A DNA stretch of 64,000 nucleotides, from the NCBI GenBank assembly GCA_951406725.2, contig OX597837.1:20522001-20586000 (forward strand). Reading direction: 5' to 3'. The stretch is from Octopus vulgaris (lineage: Eukaryota). Below, piece after piece: positions 12,070 through 25,759 of the stretch (positions within the stretch are counted from its first letter, which is position 1; each line of letters opens with the position of its first letter). The position numbers and the translations under genes were made by a program. The notes below the pieces were generated by a model, which was given only the letters and a program-made list of their open reading frames with translations, made no database searches and was not told the origin of the DNA.

Positions 12070-12280
12070 AACTAACAGAATCATTAGCACGCCAGGTAAA
12101 ATGTTTAGCAGCATTTTGTCCATCTTTACATTCTGAGTTCAAATTCATGGACATCAACTTTACCTTTCAGCCTTTCAAGGTCAATAAAATAAGTACCAGT
12201 TTAGCACTGGGGTTCAATGTAATCAACTTAGCCCCTTTCTGCCAAAACTGCTGTCCTTGTGCCAAAATTTCAAACCAATA
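12070..12280 (+). mobile_element. SINE family B
   Basis: CAGAATCATTAGCACGCCAGG head, GAGTTCAAATTC B-box and AATAAAATAAGTACCAGT body. Confidence 0.75.
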
Positions 12281-12834
12281 ATGTTCAACTGCTTCTGTTT
12301 TTCTGTTGAATTATTCTTATTACTGGGCTCCAACTTCACCAAAACAAACTGGGACCAGTAAAAGAGAAATTCAGCTGTAGCCTAATTCAGCTGCCTAATT
12401 CTTCTACAAAATGGTATATCATATAAATCTGTTACACCCTGTAAGTTCAAAGATTACAGTCTGTGGCACCAGCAAGTCTGCAACACATGAATGTCTAACA
12501 CTCCTGATTCTAATATCATAATCCATGATAGATTTTAACGACTATTCTTTTAAAAGACTGCAGGTTTTTTTTTTATTTTTAAATGAATTAATTAAAATAT
12601 TTAATAGACTGGGATGGTGCACACAGTCTATGTTGACACTGTCTGATGGAGACAAACAGACAAGTGCACTGGTATATCTGCTTGCATGTGTATATGTATA
12701 TTTATATATACACACACACACACATATATATATATATATGATAGATATATACACACACATGTTCACATACATATATATATATGAATGCATATGTGTATAT
12801 ATATATATATACACACACACACACATATATGATG

Positions 12835-12866
<32 letters not shown>

Positions 12867-12897
12867 GTTTACATACATATATGTATATGAATGCATA

Positions 12898-12930
<33 letters not shown>

Positions 12931-13126
12931 GAATACATATGTATGTGTGTATGAGTGTGTGTGTCTGTCTGTGTGTATGTATATATAGACATATATATAT
13001 ATGAATGTGTGTGCATATGTGTATATATATGTGTGTGTGAATATATATGTATGCATGCATATCTTCTATTTTTAACAAAAATAATGCCATTCTTCACTTG
13101 TTCTATGAGTGGTAAGACTTCTCCAT

Positions 13127-13352
13127 TTAACTCTTTAGCATTAAGATATTCAGTAAAATGTAAAGCATTTTCATTCACATTGATTTTAATTAATCACTCG
13201 TTAAGTTGTAGCTTCAAAATTTTGTTGATGTGATTGCATCTCTTTAGAATGGAATTGAAGGGTAGGTGTGATGGCTGGTTCTAGCTGGTTAGAACATTAA
13301 ACAGGTAGAAGATTTGGACCAGATATGGCCAGTCTAAATGTTAAATGGCTAA
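13127..13352. mobile_element. piggyBac-type MITE family 2
   Basis: TTAACTCTTTAGCATT start; homologous to the other family-2 copies. Confidence 0.7.
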
Positions 13353-13465
13353 ACTTCACATTTCATACAGTTGGTCCAAATGACACAAAGATCATCTCAC
13401 CAAACACCCTCAAATGCTATTCGCATAATACAATATGTAAGTCTTGCTTCTGTCTGTAAAAGCAT

Positions 13466-13962
13466 TTAACCTTTTATTGTTTAGACAGTCCATATCCAGA
13501 TCAAATATTCCAGCTGTTTTATGTTCAAACTGGCAAGATTCAACCTCTTACACCTACCCTACAATGTCATTCTAAAACTAAAACACACCATTGAAGTCTC
13601 AAAGCTACAAGATAAAAATAAACAAATGTTCTTTCTTGAGCCATGCCAGGCTCATAAGGGCTGGTTTCCCAGTTTCAGTGGTGCAGAAATTCCCCACCTG
13701 GACAGGATGCCGGTCCGTCGAAGGATAACCCATTTTTGCCAGCCGAGTGGACTGGAGCAACATGAAAATGAAGTGTTTTGCTCAAAAACACAATGCATCA
13801 CCTGGTCCAGGAATCGAAACTGCAACCTTATGATCATGAGTTCAACACCCTAACCACTAAGCCACGTGCCTCCACAAAGCTACAAGACAATGCATGATTA
13901 ACCCAAAATGATAGGAATAAATAAGCATTACATTTGACAGAGTCCAAACACTAAAGGGTTAA
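13466..13962. mobile_element. piggyBac-type MITE family 2 interrupted by SINE D
   Basis: TTAACCTTTT...AAAGGGTTAA ends; the insert is flanked by the duplication AAAGCTACAAGA. Confidence 0.8.
13617..13876 (-). mobile_element. SINE family D (tRNA head + CORE-like + V-domain-like), full length with TSD
   Basis: Minus strand has TGGCTTAGTGG, GTTTCGATTCC, TTGAGCAAAACACTTCA and GACGGACCGGCATCCTGTCCAGG; TSD AAAGCTACAAGA at 13601 and 13877. Confidence 0.85.
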
Positions 13963-14377
13963 ATATCCACAAATAAGACAGCTGACACTGGACCACTTCA
14001 GGTGAGGAATAATTGTTCTGTAAACAAAGCAAATTGGAACTCAAAAGCTCTTGGAACTCAAAAGCCACTTATGTGCTGATGCACAGAAAGAGCACATCTA
14101 ACAAGAAGTGGTTAAGCCTTGAATAAGAATAGGCTATGTCTCTCTCCAAGTGAGTGTGTGTGCGTGTGTACATACACACACACCAAAATGAAATGACTTT
14201 GATGAGGGTAACATTAGTTTTCTAGGTCATTCACTTTTTCTAAACTGATTAATGGGCCAAATGAGTAAACCAATCAATAATGAACTTATAAAGACTACTG
14301 GAAACAGATGTAAGTCGAATTTACTACAATAAAGAAAAATATGTAATGACCATTATTTATGCCTTATCTAATATATG

Positions 14378-14409
<32 letters not shown>

Positions 14410-14617
14410 ACGGGAAAGTTTACGAAAATAAACAAAAGACGAAGGCAGGTGGAGTACAAACAAACAAATGTATTAGTACATCGCTCAGGAATAGAAATAG
14501 AAAAAGTCTTTTACGTTTTGAGCCTATGCTCTTTGACAGAAAGATACACAGAAAAAAACAAGGAGAGAAACAAGGAGGGAAAAAAATGCGTATAGGAGTT
14601 AACGATCTATCATGGCG
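14410..14617 (-). mobile_element. Penelope-like pLTR fragment with variant hammerhead (14507-14544)
   Basis: Minus strand reads TCTTT-CTGTCAA-A-GAGC-ATAG-GCTC-AAAAC-GTA-AAAGA; the 3' end runs into (TA)n. Confidence 0.65.
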
Positions 14618-15789
14618 CACACAAACTCACACAAATATACATACACACATGTATATTTATGTATTTGGTATTAGAAACAAATATAAAAAAAAAAACTTCT
14701 CAATGCATATAATAGTATTTATTCAATATATATGAATTGATTCAAAGGTGAGGCTTTCGTCTATTGCTATTTTGTGAAACTGAAATTTCTTCTAGTCATC
14801 CGTAATGAACTGCTACAAAAAGGAATGGTCATTATCATCACCGCTGCCAATACCACCACCACCACCACCACCACCACCACCACTAGCACCGCCACAACTA
14901 CCATCATTTGTTGTTGAGTTTTCAAGCTAACATGTGTTGGATGGCCATCACAGCCTGAATCAAATCTTATTGAGAGAGTCCTCTTTGACAAGAGAACCTT
15001 TTCTGGCTCACATATTTCATTTTTGGCATGATTTCTATGGCCTGATGCCCTTCCCAACACCAACCACTTGTACTGAGTACATTTTATCATGGCACCAGCG
15101 CTAGAGAGGTTGCCACATATTCAACAACACCAAACAGCTCTTCTCTAACCTGTACTGTCTCCATTCATACATCATCCACTTTACAGAGTTAGTTGGCTTT
15201 TTTACTGTTCAGTCAGGGATAGAAGACCAATGGCCCAGATATTTCAAGATTGAAATCTAACCTAAATAACTGAGTGAATTCTACAAAAGGTACCCGAAGA
15301 CCAAGTGGTGGCGTTAAACTGGGCAACAGATTAGATCTGGCACCGAAGAACTCATAACACAAAAACTGAGAACAAAAACTGTCACAAGACATTTCATCTA
15401 CCATTCTAATAATTGTGCAATTCTCCACCCTGGACTGTTTATATGCACCAAAAACCAATGTGAGAGTTTCTCTCATGATATCTACCACAGTATAGTTTGT
15501 TCTAACAGAACATCTAACAGAACATCCAGGTTTAAGTGGGGATAAATATTTATATAAGTTAAAAGGGATTACCAAACTCCAATGACTGTTATATTTGGTC
15601 ATGGCTGGGATGTCTTTTGAGACAGGTCGTTAAGTTCATGGCTGACTTGACACTAAATGATAACAATAATGACAATAACAGTAAGAAATGCAATGAGCAA
15701 GAAGGGAATGGCAACATGATCAGTGCAAATTGCAAAAAACAGCAGCTGAATCCCCCTCAAAGTCACATTTGACAAACTTAGAGAATGAA

Positions 15790-16143
15790 GGCACAGGCAT
15801 AGCTGTGTGATAAGAAGCTTTGCTTTCCAGTCACATGGTTCCAGGTTCAGTTCCATTGCATGGCACCTTGGTCAAGTGTGAGTGGATCTGGTAGATGGAA
15901 ACTAAAAGAACCCCATCATGTGTGTGTGTATCTGTGCCTATGTTTGTCCTCCACCACCATTTGACAACAGGTGTTAGTGTGTCTATGTCCCTATAACTTA
16001 GCGGTTCAGCAAAATAGACCAATGGAACTAGCAGCAGGCTTTACAAAAAATAAGTACTGGGATCAATTCCTTCAACTGAGAATTCCTCAAGGCAGTGCCC
16101 CAGCATGGCCGCAGTCTAATGACTGAAACAAGTAAAAGATAAA
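15790..16143 (+). mobile_element. SINE family A, diverged
   Basis: GGCACAGGCATAGCTGTGTGATAAG head and CAGCATGGCCGCAGTC...GAAACAAGTAAAAG tail. Confidence 0.8.
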
Positions 16144-16918
16144 ATATATAAAATACCTCTTAACTCAGATAACTACACCAAAAAGAAAAACAGGATGGTC
16201 ATGGTTGGAATACCCTTTATCATCAGTCAGATTAAGGTCAACCTGAGGCTAAACTACAGCAATAACAACAACAACAATAAACAGGAAGAAAGGTAGTTTT
16301 ATAAAGAATTAATCATCCTTCTGACATGAATCAACTCACCCCATCCCTCCCTCTCTCGACCCTCCCCCTTTCTTTCTCTCTCTCACTTTCTCAGCCATTC
16401 CATGCTTAACATTCACATTGTGACATCGAAGAATAACATTTTCCCAAGAAAGAAACCCTAGAAACAACTGACAAGCCAAACATGGCAGCAACAGAAAATC
16501 TAAGGATTATTTTTGCCAAGGACAAAAACCTCCTTCAGCGAGATTTTTATGTCCGATGACTTCAGTGTGTGTGCATGTGTGTGTGTGTGTGTCTGTATGT
16601 GTATGTGTGTGTGTGTGTATCTATTTATGGGTGACAATAGCAAGAACAACAACAGAATCAGTAAACATGCATGTGTGATTGAGTGTAAGTATGTATTTGT
16701 ATGTGTTTATATATATATATATATCTATACATATACATATATATATATATATATATATAGACACAAGCACACACACAAATATATGCTTAATATATTATAT
16801 TCATATTTTACATGTGTACTTATGCATCTATGACACCTATGTGTGTGTCTGTGCATTATGATATAATGCTTGTTTCTGTATATTTGTATGTCACAATGCG
16901 CAACTTTGAGAGAGAAAG

Positions 16919-16953
<35 letters not shown>

Positions 16954-17292
16954 TTGTTATACTATTTGACATTTCCGGCAGATGCTGTGTCCTTTTAATT
17001 GAATATTACATTCGTATCCATATTTGCCAAGCTATTGTGTGCTCCATATAGGCATGCTATTATGTATAGGTACATTTAACGCTTACAAACGGGGAAAGAG
17101 AGAGACGTCCATGTGTAAAGCAGAGTCTGTATACTCTTTTATTAGCTGAGATTGCCAAGGGAGAGATTCAAGGCCTGGCAGTTTCCAAGTCTAGTAACAT
17201 CTCTAGCAAATGCATCAGGATTGAACTTTAAATCTTTGAGTCACCCTTGAAAGCAAGTGAGAGTAACGAATGATTTTATATGCAAATACATG

Positions 17293-17627
17293 TAGGCATA
17301 AGTGTGGCTGTGTGCTAAGAAGCTTGCCTCTCAACTATATGCTTCTGGGTTCAGTCCCACTGTGTGGCAATTCGGGCAAGAGTTTTCTACTAAAGCCCTG
17401 GGCTGACCAAAGCCTTATGAATGGATTTGAGGCTATAATAGAAGACACTTGCCCTAGGTTCCATGCAGTGGGACTGAACCCAGAACGTATGTGTTTGTCT
17501 CCCACTACCACTTGACAACTGGAGTTGGTGTGTTTATACCCATATAACTTAGCAGTGCAGCAAAAGAGATCAATAGAATAAAATACCAGGTTTTAAAAAA
17601 AACTGAAAGAAGCCCATTATATGTGTG

Positions 17628-17682
<55 letters not shown>

Positions 17683-18320
17683 TTAAAGGACCTGTAGTTT
17701 TAAGGTAAAGAACACCTTAAGGAAATACATAGGCATAGGAAAAAATTTTATACACACATATGTACGTACGTATGTATGTATAAAATCTTTTTCCAAGCCT
17801 ATGTATTTCCCTAAGATGTATGTATGTACATATGTACATACATATATGTAGGCACAGGCATGGATGTGTGGCAAGGACCATATGGCTCCAGATTCAGTTC
17901 CACTACAAGACACCATAGGCAGGTGTCTTCTATTGGGCCAACCAAAGCCTTGTAAGTGGATTTGGTAGACGGAAACTGAAAGAAGCCCATTGTGTGTGTG
18001 GTGTTGTATTCATCCCCCACCACTGCTTGATAATGGTGTTGATCTGTTTGTGTCCCCATCACTTAGAGGTTCAACAAAAGAGACTGACTGAATAAGTACC
18101 AGACTAAATGCCTCAAGGCAGTGACCTGGGATGGCTGCAGTCCAATGACTGAAACAAGTGAAAGATAAAACATAAATATATGGATGCAGACGTGGCTGTA
18201 TGATAAGAAGCTTGCTTCCAAACCACATCGTTCTGGGTTCAGTCCCACTGCATGGAACCTAAGGCAAGTGTCTTGTGAGAGGATTTGGTAGATGAAAACT
18301 GAAAGAAGCCTGTCACACAT
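17293..18320 (+). mobile_element. Cluster of three rearranged SINE A copies
   Basis: Heads at about 17293, 17848 and 18182; the first copy contains an inverted internal segment. Confidence 0.75.
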
Positions 18321-19256
18321 GCACACACACATACATTTATGCATACATAGGTATATATAAATGTGTGTGTGTGTGTGTGTGTGTGTCTATGTCTATATTA
18401 TATAATACAGTAGTTTGGGGTATCTCACATCTGCATATAAATCAATTTTGCACAATAAATGAGAGGAACCTATTTTGTTGTCCGGAAGATCAGTTGGATG
18501 AGAAAGGTGACGCAGAGGGACAGAGCGTAATCTAACATTTCAATATGTATGTGTGTGTGTTTGGGAGGGTGGGGGGCAGGTTGAAGCATTGGAAACCATA
18601 TGGCTCATTACTCAAACTCGAAATGGGTGGGTAGGGGGAGGCCAGGACGCACAGTAGAATGAAGACCACAAACACACCCTTCCCAGCCCGGACGGAACTG
18701 GTGGGGGGGAATGGATAACCAATCGTCATTATTATCATCATGACTTTTGTTATCATCACTTTCATCATCATCATCAACATCACCATCACTTACATCGTCA
18801 TCGTCATCATCATCATCCTTTCTTTCACCCTGCAGCTCTGATAATATCAGTTTCATAGAAATATAATAATAAAACAACCACAACATGTATGAGTCAGGTT
18901 TGGTGAAGCATGACAGTCAAGTTACTCCTAAATATAGACAACAAATGCCCACCACACAATTACATAAACGCACACATTGCAGATGCATAGATACATACAC
19001 ACACGAACACAGAAACATGAATACAAAGTTTGAAAGCAGGAATTGACTTCTATGTTGCACGTTCCCAATATATTTTGGGCAATACAATATTTCTACAATA
19101 ACAACAAAGGCCTTGAATACAACAAAGAGGTGGTTATGATAAAGAACACAGAAATGGACCCAAAATAATATATACAGAAACCCTTCTTTTGGAATCAAAT
19201 GCAGTTCCAAATGACGGTAGACACTTCACAAACGATGAACCATTATTGATGTTACG

Positions 19257-19920
19257 TCTATAATAATAAATGTGGAATTCTGTCTGTCCATTTGTGACCC
19301 CTGATTTCTGTCTATATTTCCTCTATAAAAACATATTATACCTTTTTGAAAGCAGGGTGATCCTGGGATTGAAAATCTGCCCTTCATTTAGTTCTGGAAC
19401 ATCCAGCATTGGAATCTGATTAAAATGCATTTGGGCTGCTATTTCTAGCAGGTAAAACTTGGCTGATTCACACCATCGTGGTTGGTATTTGCCAGATAAC
19501 GTCAACGGTCAAGGGGGAGATGAATGGCATTCGCTTCGTTAATTTTAGGTCGAGATAAGAACTTTGGGACAAACTGGCCAACAGTTGGAATTCAACTTAG
19601 GACTGGAACAATAGAATGACTGCATTACAGAATTAATTCTCATCCGTCCTTAACTTCTGATTAACCCTTTCGTTACTATATTTATTTGAGATGCTCTGTG
19701 TTTCTTTCAATTTCTTTAAATATAACAAAGAATTTAGCAAAATAACTTAGTTATCATTAAGCTAGTGATAGGAACATAAACTGTGACTAAGATTTGGTGG
19801 AAGATTTTAATTCAAAACTTATGAAAACAAGACATTTGTACTCAGATCCAGTTTCAGCCGGGTTGGTAACGAAAGGGTTAAACACCACCGGGGCATATGG
19901 CCGTTATAGGCATACTATAG
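19257..19920 (+). mobile_element. Helitron-like dispersed repeat with a nested piggyBac MITE
   Basis: Starts TCTATAATAATAAA; homologous to 61916-62306, which lacks the MITE. The 3' CTRR terminus is unclear. Confidence 0.55.
19665..19877. mobile_element. piggyBac-type MITE family 1
   Basis: TTAA|CCCTTTCGTTAC...GTAACGAAAGGG|TTAA, a perfect 12-bp TIR. Confidence 0.9.
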
Positions 19921-21329
19921 TCATGCTATTTAGCTCTGTTTCATTTTTGGCCACAGGCCCAATTAGCCTTCTGCAGGAGCTAACTTAGAAGTCCACACAG
20001 AGTATTGCTTTTAAACTAGTATAATATAAAAATGACTCTACAGGTTTCATACAAGGATTGAACATCAAAACCATGCAGTTGCAAAGCAAGCTTCCTAACC
20101 ACTCAGCCATACCTGCACCTATATAGTTGTAAACATAGTTTTTTCTACACATTATATAAGAGAGGGGTGTGGCATGTCAACAATTTCACTCCTATTTGGA
20201 CAGTGGGGAGAAGAGATCCGGTATTTTCCACTTTGAGAAACACTGCACCATATACATTGAAGGAACAAGTAGTAGTGGTGGTGGTGGTGGCTGTGGTGGT
20301 GGTGGTGTTAAATTATCAGATTTAGCCTAGCATCCAACAACAATGGTAACCTTGCCTCAGTCAGTTTCCATCAATCAAATTTTACCTATCAATCAAACCT
20401 TTGGGTTTATCCAAAGCATTGAGCTGATGGAACTGTTAAGCACACTGGGCAAAATGCTTATTGGTATTTCGTTCATCTTAATGTTCTGGGTTCAAATTCT
20501 GCTGAGGCTGACTTTGCCCTTGGGGTCAATTAAATAGGTACCAGTTGAACTCTGGGGTTGAGGTAATTGACTCATCTCCTCCTCTAAACTTGTTGGCTTT
20601 GTGCCAAATTTTGAAACCAATATTTAGGTTGATCCAAAGCTGAGCTAGAATCAACTTTATCAGTGGTCTGCTGGGTTGGCTGGGGCTAAACCAACAACAA
20701 CAACAACAAATGTAGCCACTGCTGATACTAATAATATAGCTACCACCACCTCCACCAACACTGACAATACCAATAATGTGCAATCAATGCAGAGTACTTT
20801 TATTATCTTCAAAGACGAAGGACACATATTGCGAACACTATGTGAAAGAAAAAGACAGAGTGGTCATGGCTGGAAAGCCTTTGACTTACCACGATCATTA
20901 TTATCAGGCACACATATTACCACCATCATCAAACACACTGCAATTGCCAGCATCAGAGTGACACACAATCACTATCACACACACACACACACACACACTA
21001 CAAGACACACACACACACTATCGTACAGCCACTAGCACCACCAACATCATCATCATCAAACACACAGACCTTCACCTCCTCCACTATCACAGGACATATA
21101 CACACCACAGACACACACACACACTCTTATAAGCACTATCAGACACACCAGGAGACATGCTGTATATTACAAGACTAGATTGCACTTAAGTAGACAGTGA
21201 ATAGACGATAGCAGCTGAAATACGTAGGAGGAAACAGACCAAATGATTTCAAGTATAAAACTCAACAGATATTAGCTTTCATTTCACTACTACTACTACT
21301 ACTACTATTGGTGTGGTTGTTGTTGTTGA

Positions 21330-22170
21330 AAACCTACTGAGGTTAACTTGGACTTTCATCCTTTTAGAGTCAAAAAAATGAAGTACCAGTGAAGGTGGGG
21401 GGCGCGGAGCATGTAATTGACTACCCCTCCCCTCAAAAATGCTGGCCACATGCCAAAATTAGAAAGAATTCTCGGCAGAATCATTAGCATGCTGGGTTAA
21501 TTGCTTAGTGGCATTTCGTCTGTCTTTAAGTTCTGAGTTCAAATTCCACTAAGGTCCATTCTGCGTTTCATTCTTTCAGGGTTGATGAAATAAGTACCAG
21601 TTGAACACCAGGGCACAATGTAATTAGCTTAACCCCTCCCCTAAAACTGGTGGCCTTCTGTCAAAATTATTATTATTATTATTATTAATACCGTTAATAT
21701 TAATACCGTTATTATTAAGGCTGGGAGCTAGCAGATGCTGCAGGGGTCAACTTTGCCCTTCATCTTTTTGGGGTCGATAAAATAAGTACCATTTGAGCAC
21801 TGGGGTTGATGTAATTGCCTTACCCACCACCACAAAATTGCTGGCCTTGTGCGAAAATTTGAGACTGAAGGCAGCAAGCCTGCAGAACCATCACTGCACC
21901 AGATAAAATGGTTAGCATCATTTGTTCCTACTCTATGTTCTGAGTTTAAATTCTGCCAAGTTCAACTTTACCTTTCATCCTTTTGAGGTCGCTAAAATAG
22001 GTACCAGGTGAGCACTGGGTGGGGGGTGTCAATGTAACCCCACCCACAAAATTGCTAACCTTATACCAAAATTTGAAAGCATTATTATCATTGTTGCTAT
22101 TAATAAGGCAGTGGCGAGGTGGCAGAATCATTAGCACACCCGGCAAAATGCTTATTTAGCGACATTTGTA
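21330..22170 (+). mobile_element. Head-to-tail cluster of about five SINE B copies or fragments
   Basis: Repeated GGCAGAATCATTAGC, TTTCATCCTTT and AAGTACCAG modules separated by (ATT)n. Confidence 0.75.
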
Positions 22171-22229
22171 ATTCTCATTTTTGGTGACACATTGCAAACT
22201 GCAGTTTATATTAATTTTATATATATTTA

Positions 22230-22640
22230 TGTGTGTGTCTGTCTTTCCCCCCCCCCCTCCACCACCACCACCATCGCTTGACAACCGATGCTGGTGTGCT
22301 TACATCCCTGTAACTTAGCAGTTCGGCAAAAGAGACTGATAGAATAAGTACCAGGCTTACAAAGAATAAGTCCTGGGGTTGATTTCTTCAACTAAAGACA
22401 GTGCTCCAGCATGGCTGCAGTCAAATGACTAAAACAAGTAAAATAATAAAAGAATACACACACACACACATACACACATGACAGACCTCTTTTAGTTCCT
22501 GTCAATCAAACCCACCCAGAAAGCTTTGATTTGCCCAGAGCTATAGTAAAGACACTTGCCCAAGGTCTCATGTGGTGGAAGTGAATCTAGAAGCAAGTGG
22601 TTAGAAAGTAAACTTCTTACCACAAAGCTACACCTGCCTA
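22230..22640. mobile_element. SINE A 3' half (+) followed by SINE A 5' half (-)
   Basis: CATCGCTTGACAACCGATGC...AAACAAGTAAAA, then GACACTTGCCCAAGG on the opposite strand. Confidence 0.7.
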
Positions 22641-22776
22641 CACTTGAAAAAAAATAATAAACACCTCTGTTATGTGGTCTGCTTGTCTGTTCAGTGCTGA
22701 TGTGAGTCTAAACGATAACCAAAGTAGGGAGAAAATGGAGGCTTGACTGCTTCGTCCATCCCACAGCAATCAGCAG

Positions 22777-23704
22777 CAGTAATGCATCGATTTACAAGTT
22801 AATTTGTTCCTGGGAACCACTCGTGAAGCGAAAACTTGTAGAGTAGAGCAAGAGTTTCCTATAGTAGCAATGTTATAAATCGCGATTTGTTCCCAGAAAA
22901 ATATTTTACCTGTAAAATTTATAATACTCGTAAATAAATGGCAATAAAACAACAGTAGAACGTAAAGAATATTTTATGTAAAGTAAAAAGAATGTCAAGA
23001 CCATTTGTAATAAAAAATATTCTTTTCTACTGCAGGCACAAGGCCTGAAATTTTGGGGAAGGTGCCAGTCAATTAGATCGACCCCAGTATGCAAATGGTA
23101 ATTAATTTATCGACCCTGAAAGGATGAAAGGCAAAGTCAACCTCAATGGAATTTGAACTCAGAACATAAAGACAGACGAAATACTCATTTCTATTTCTTT
23201 ACTACCCACAAGGGGCTAAACACAGAAAGGACAAACAATGACAGACAAACGGATTAAGTCAATTACATCGACCCCAGTGCATAACTGGTACTTAATTTAT
23301 CAACCCTGAAAGGATGAAAGGCAAAGTCAACCTCAACGGAATTTGAACTCAGAACGTAAAGACAGATGAAATACTGCTAAGCATTTTGCCCAGTGAGCTA
23401 ACATTTCTGCCAGCTCGCAGCCTTTTATAATAAAAATATTATTATCATAATCATTTTCAGAATCACATTCACTCACACTGGACTCGTGCACATCATTATT
23501 TGTAGATGTAGTTGCCAATTCACAAGCACTCGTAGACAGACTAAAAAACAAGTCTAGAGTTGTTTGCTTAGAAGAAGCATTTTTTTCACTCTCTGTAAAT
23601 TTCTCGGTAGCATGCAGAAACATTTGTTATGGTAGTAGAAACTTTTGCACTTTGTTCAAAATTTGGATCTTAAACCCAGGATCTTGTAAACTAAGGTATT
23701 ACTG
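22777..23704 (-). mobile_element. Tigger/pogo-derived deletion element with nested SINE B copies (23018-23422)
   Basis: TIRs CAGTAATGCATCGATTTACAAG and CTTGTAAACTAAGGTATTACTG|TA. Minus strand encodes DPNFEQSAKVSTTITNVSACYREIYRE*KK/NASSKQTTLDLFF, similar to the Tigger1 transposase C-terminus. Confidence 0.8.
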
Positions 23705-24423
23705 TACAGAGGGGATCTCTAGTTGGTTTCCTTTTGTTTTACTCATTGATCTTGAATGAAGGAATAAAAGGAATTTTCTAAAAACGAGGAAACTGTAAGA
23801 ATTTTATTTATATTTCGAAAATTTCAAAAATACAAACAATAATTTTCTTTTGTTTTATTATTAACTATGTTTTCTGCCCCTATCTTTAACTATCCAACAA
23901 CTACAAGTCTTCTTTCACCCCAGCCAACACAAACACCTTTATCTTTTTATGGATTTCTAAAAGAACAGAAATATAAAAAACAAAACACGAAATTAAATGG
24001 GAAAAAAATATTTTTAAACAAAAAAAAAATGATTGAAAGTTAATTATCAAATAAATAAAATAAAACAAATTGAAAATTCTATTTTCCGGAACAGTCTCAA
24101 AGACTTGTTGAGAAAATGTGGGTCACAGAAATGGAATTGGATAAAGAAGTAAGATAGAAATACTTTACACAGACGCTTTCCTTCATTTAAAACCAAATAT
24201 TGTCTATTTGCGTGTGTGTGTGTGTGAGTTTCTAAGAATATGTAAAAACAAATATATGTACATATATATATCTATGTGTAGTGGATACATGGCTGTGTGT
24301 CTAAGAAATTCACTTCTCAAACACATGGTTCTTGGTTCAGTTCAACTGCATGGTACTTTGCACAAATGTCTTCTGCCAAAGCCCTGGAAACTAAGTGAAG
24401 CTCTCATATATATATATATATAA

Positions 24424-24660
24424 AACCTTCGTGAGCTGTCTGAAGTAAACATTATCTGAGAGAAATTTTCTTTAAGTAGTAGAAATGCTAAGAAAATTTT
24501 TTTTGGCTGCTATTTCTACTAAGTTCAGTATGTGGCAAAGTAATTTATTTTACTAAGCCCTAATTATATAATGTAATATTTTGAATTCACCTTAAATGGT
24601 CCTTTTACATACTGAACACTTGGTGAAATTGATTAATTAATTAATTTTACCCTCAATTGT

Positions 24661-24663
<3 letters not shown>
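24424..24663. repeat. Second, inverted copy of the unclassified (TA)n-embedded repeat
   Basis: Reverse complement of 6753-7008. Confidence 0.75.
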
Positions 24664-24720
<57 letters not shown>

Positions 24721-25208
24721 AAACCTACATTTGTTCTTATCAGAAGCGTCGAAATGTGTATTGTACAATACAAACAAGAAGCAGATAACTTTTCGAATGC
24801 AGTATAGCCATTAGATGCAGAAATAATGGGTAAATGACCTTACAAGATGGGAAAAGTATGTAATCTATGTATGTAAGCAAATATATAACATGTGTGTCTG
24901 TGTGTGCGTGTGTGTACATGTAAGGTGGTTGGTGTTAGAAAGGGCATCCAGCCATAAAAAACCATGCCAATACAGACAGTGAAACCTACATGGAAAATGG
25001 ATGATGATGATGATAATGATGATGATGAGGATGAGGAGGAGTCTATATATATGGGGAGCAGCCATTCTCTTATGCATGCTACATTAAATACTTGACTATG
25101 TTCAAGTCTTATCGTTTTTGTTCAATAATTTTCATATTTTCTCATCAACATTTCACCTAGTTTAGAACAGTAAAAATACTAAATCCATATCTAAACATTT
25201 CTGGACCA

Positions 25209-25252
<44 letters not shown>

Positions 25253-25306
25253 TATATATATATATATAATCGTTTAGCGTCCGCTTTCCATGCTAGCATG
25301 GGTTGG

Positions 25307-25344
<38 letters not shown>

Positions 25345-25347
<3 letters not shown>

Positions 25348-25745
25348 TACAACGGGTTTCTTTCAGTTTCTATCTACCAAATCCACTCGCAAGGCTGTGG
25401 TCAGACAGAGGCTATAGTTGAAGACACTTGTCCAAGGTGCCATGCAGTGGAACTGAACCTGGAACCATGTGGCTGGGAAGCAAACTGCATACCACACAAT
25501 CACACCTATATTTATTGGCCAAGTGTCTTCTACTATAGCTTTGGGCCGACGAAAGTCTTGTGAGTGGATTTGGTAGAGGGAAACTGAAAGAAGCCTGTTG
25601 TAGACGTATATATATCTATGTATGTATATGTGTCTGTGTGTTTGTCCCCAACTACCACTGCTTGACAACTGGTGTTTGTGTGTTTGCATCCCCGTAACTT
25701 AGCGGTTTGGCAAAAGAGACAGATAGCAATAAGTACCAGGCTTAA
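25345..25745. mobile_element. Back-to-back inverted SINE A pair
   Basis: Minus copy at about 25345-25510 and plus copy at about 25515-25745. Confidence 0.8.
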
Positions 25746-25759
25746 ATATCAGAACGATC

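Noticed and set aside
18608-18886. Acidic ORF with a unique C-terminal tail
   Set aside because: Mostly (GAT)n-derived, with no recognisable domain or convincing splice pair.
21146-21230. Possible hammerhead (CCAGGAGA..GCTG..CAGC-TGAAATACGTAGG)
   Set aside because: The core has several mismatches and is too degenerate to support.
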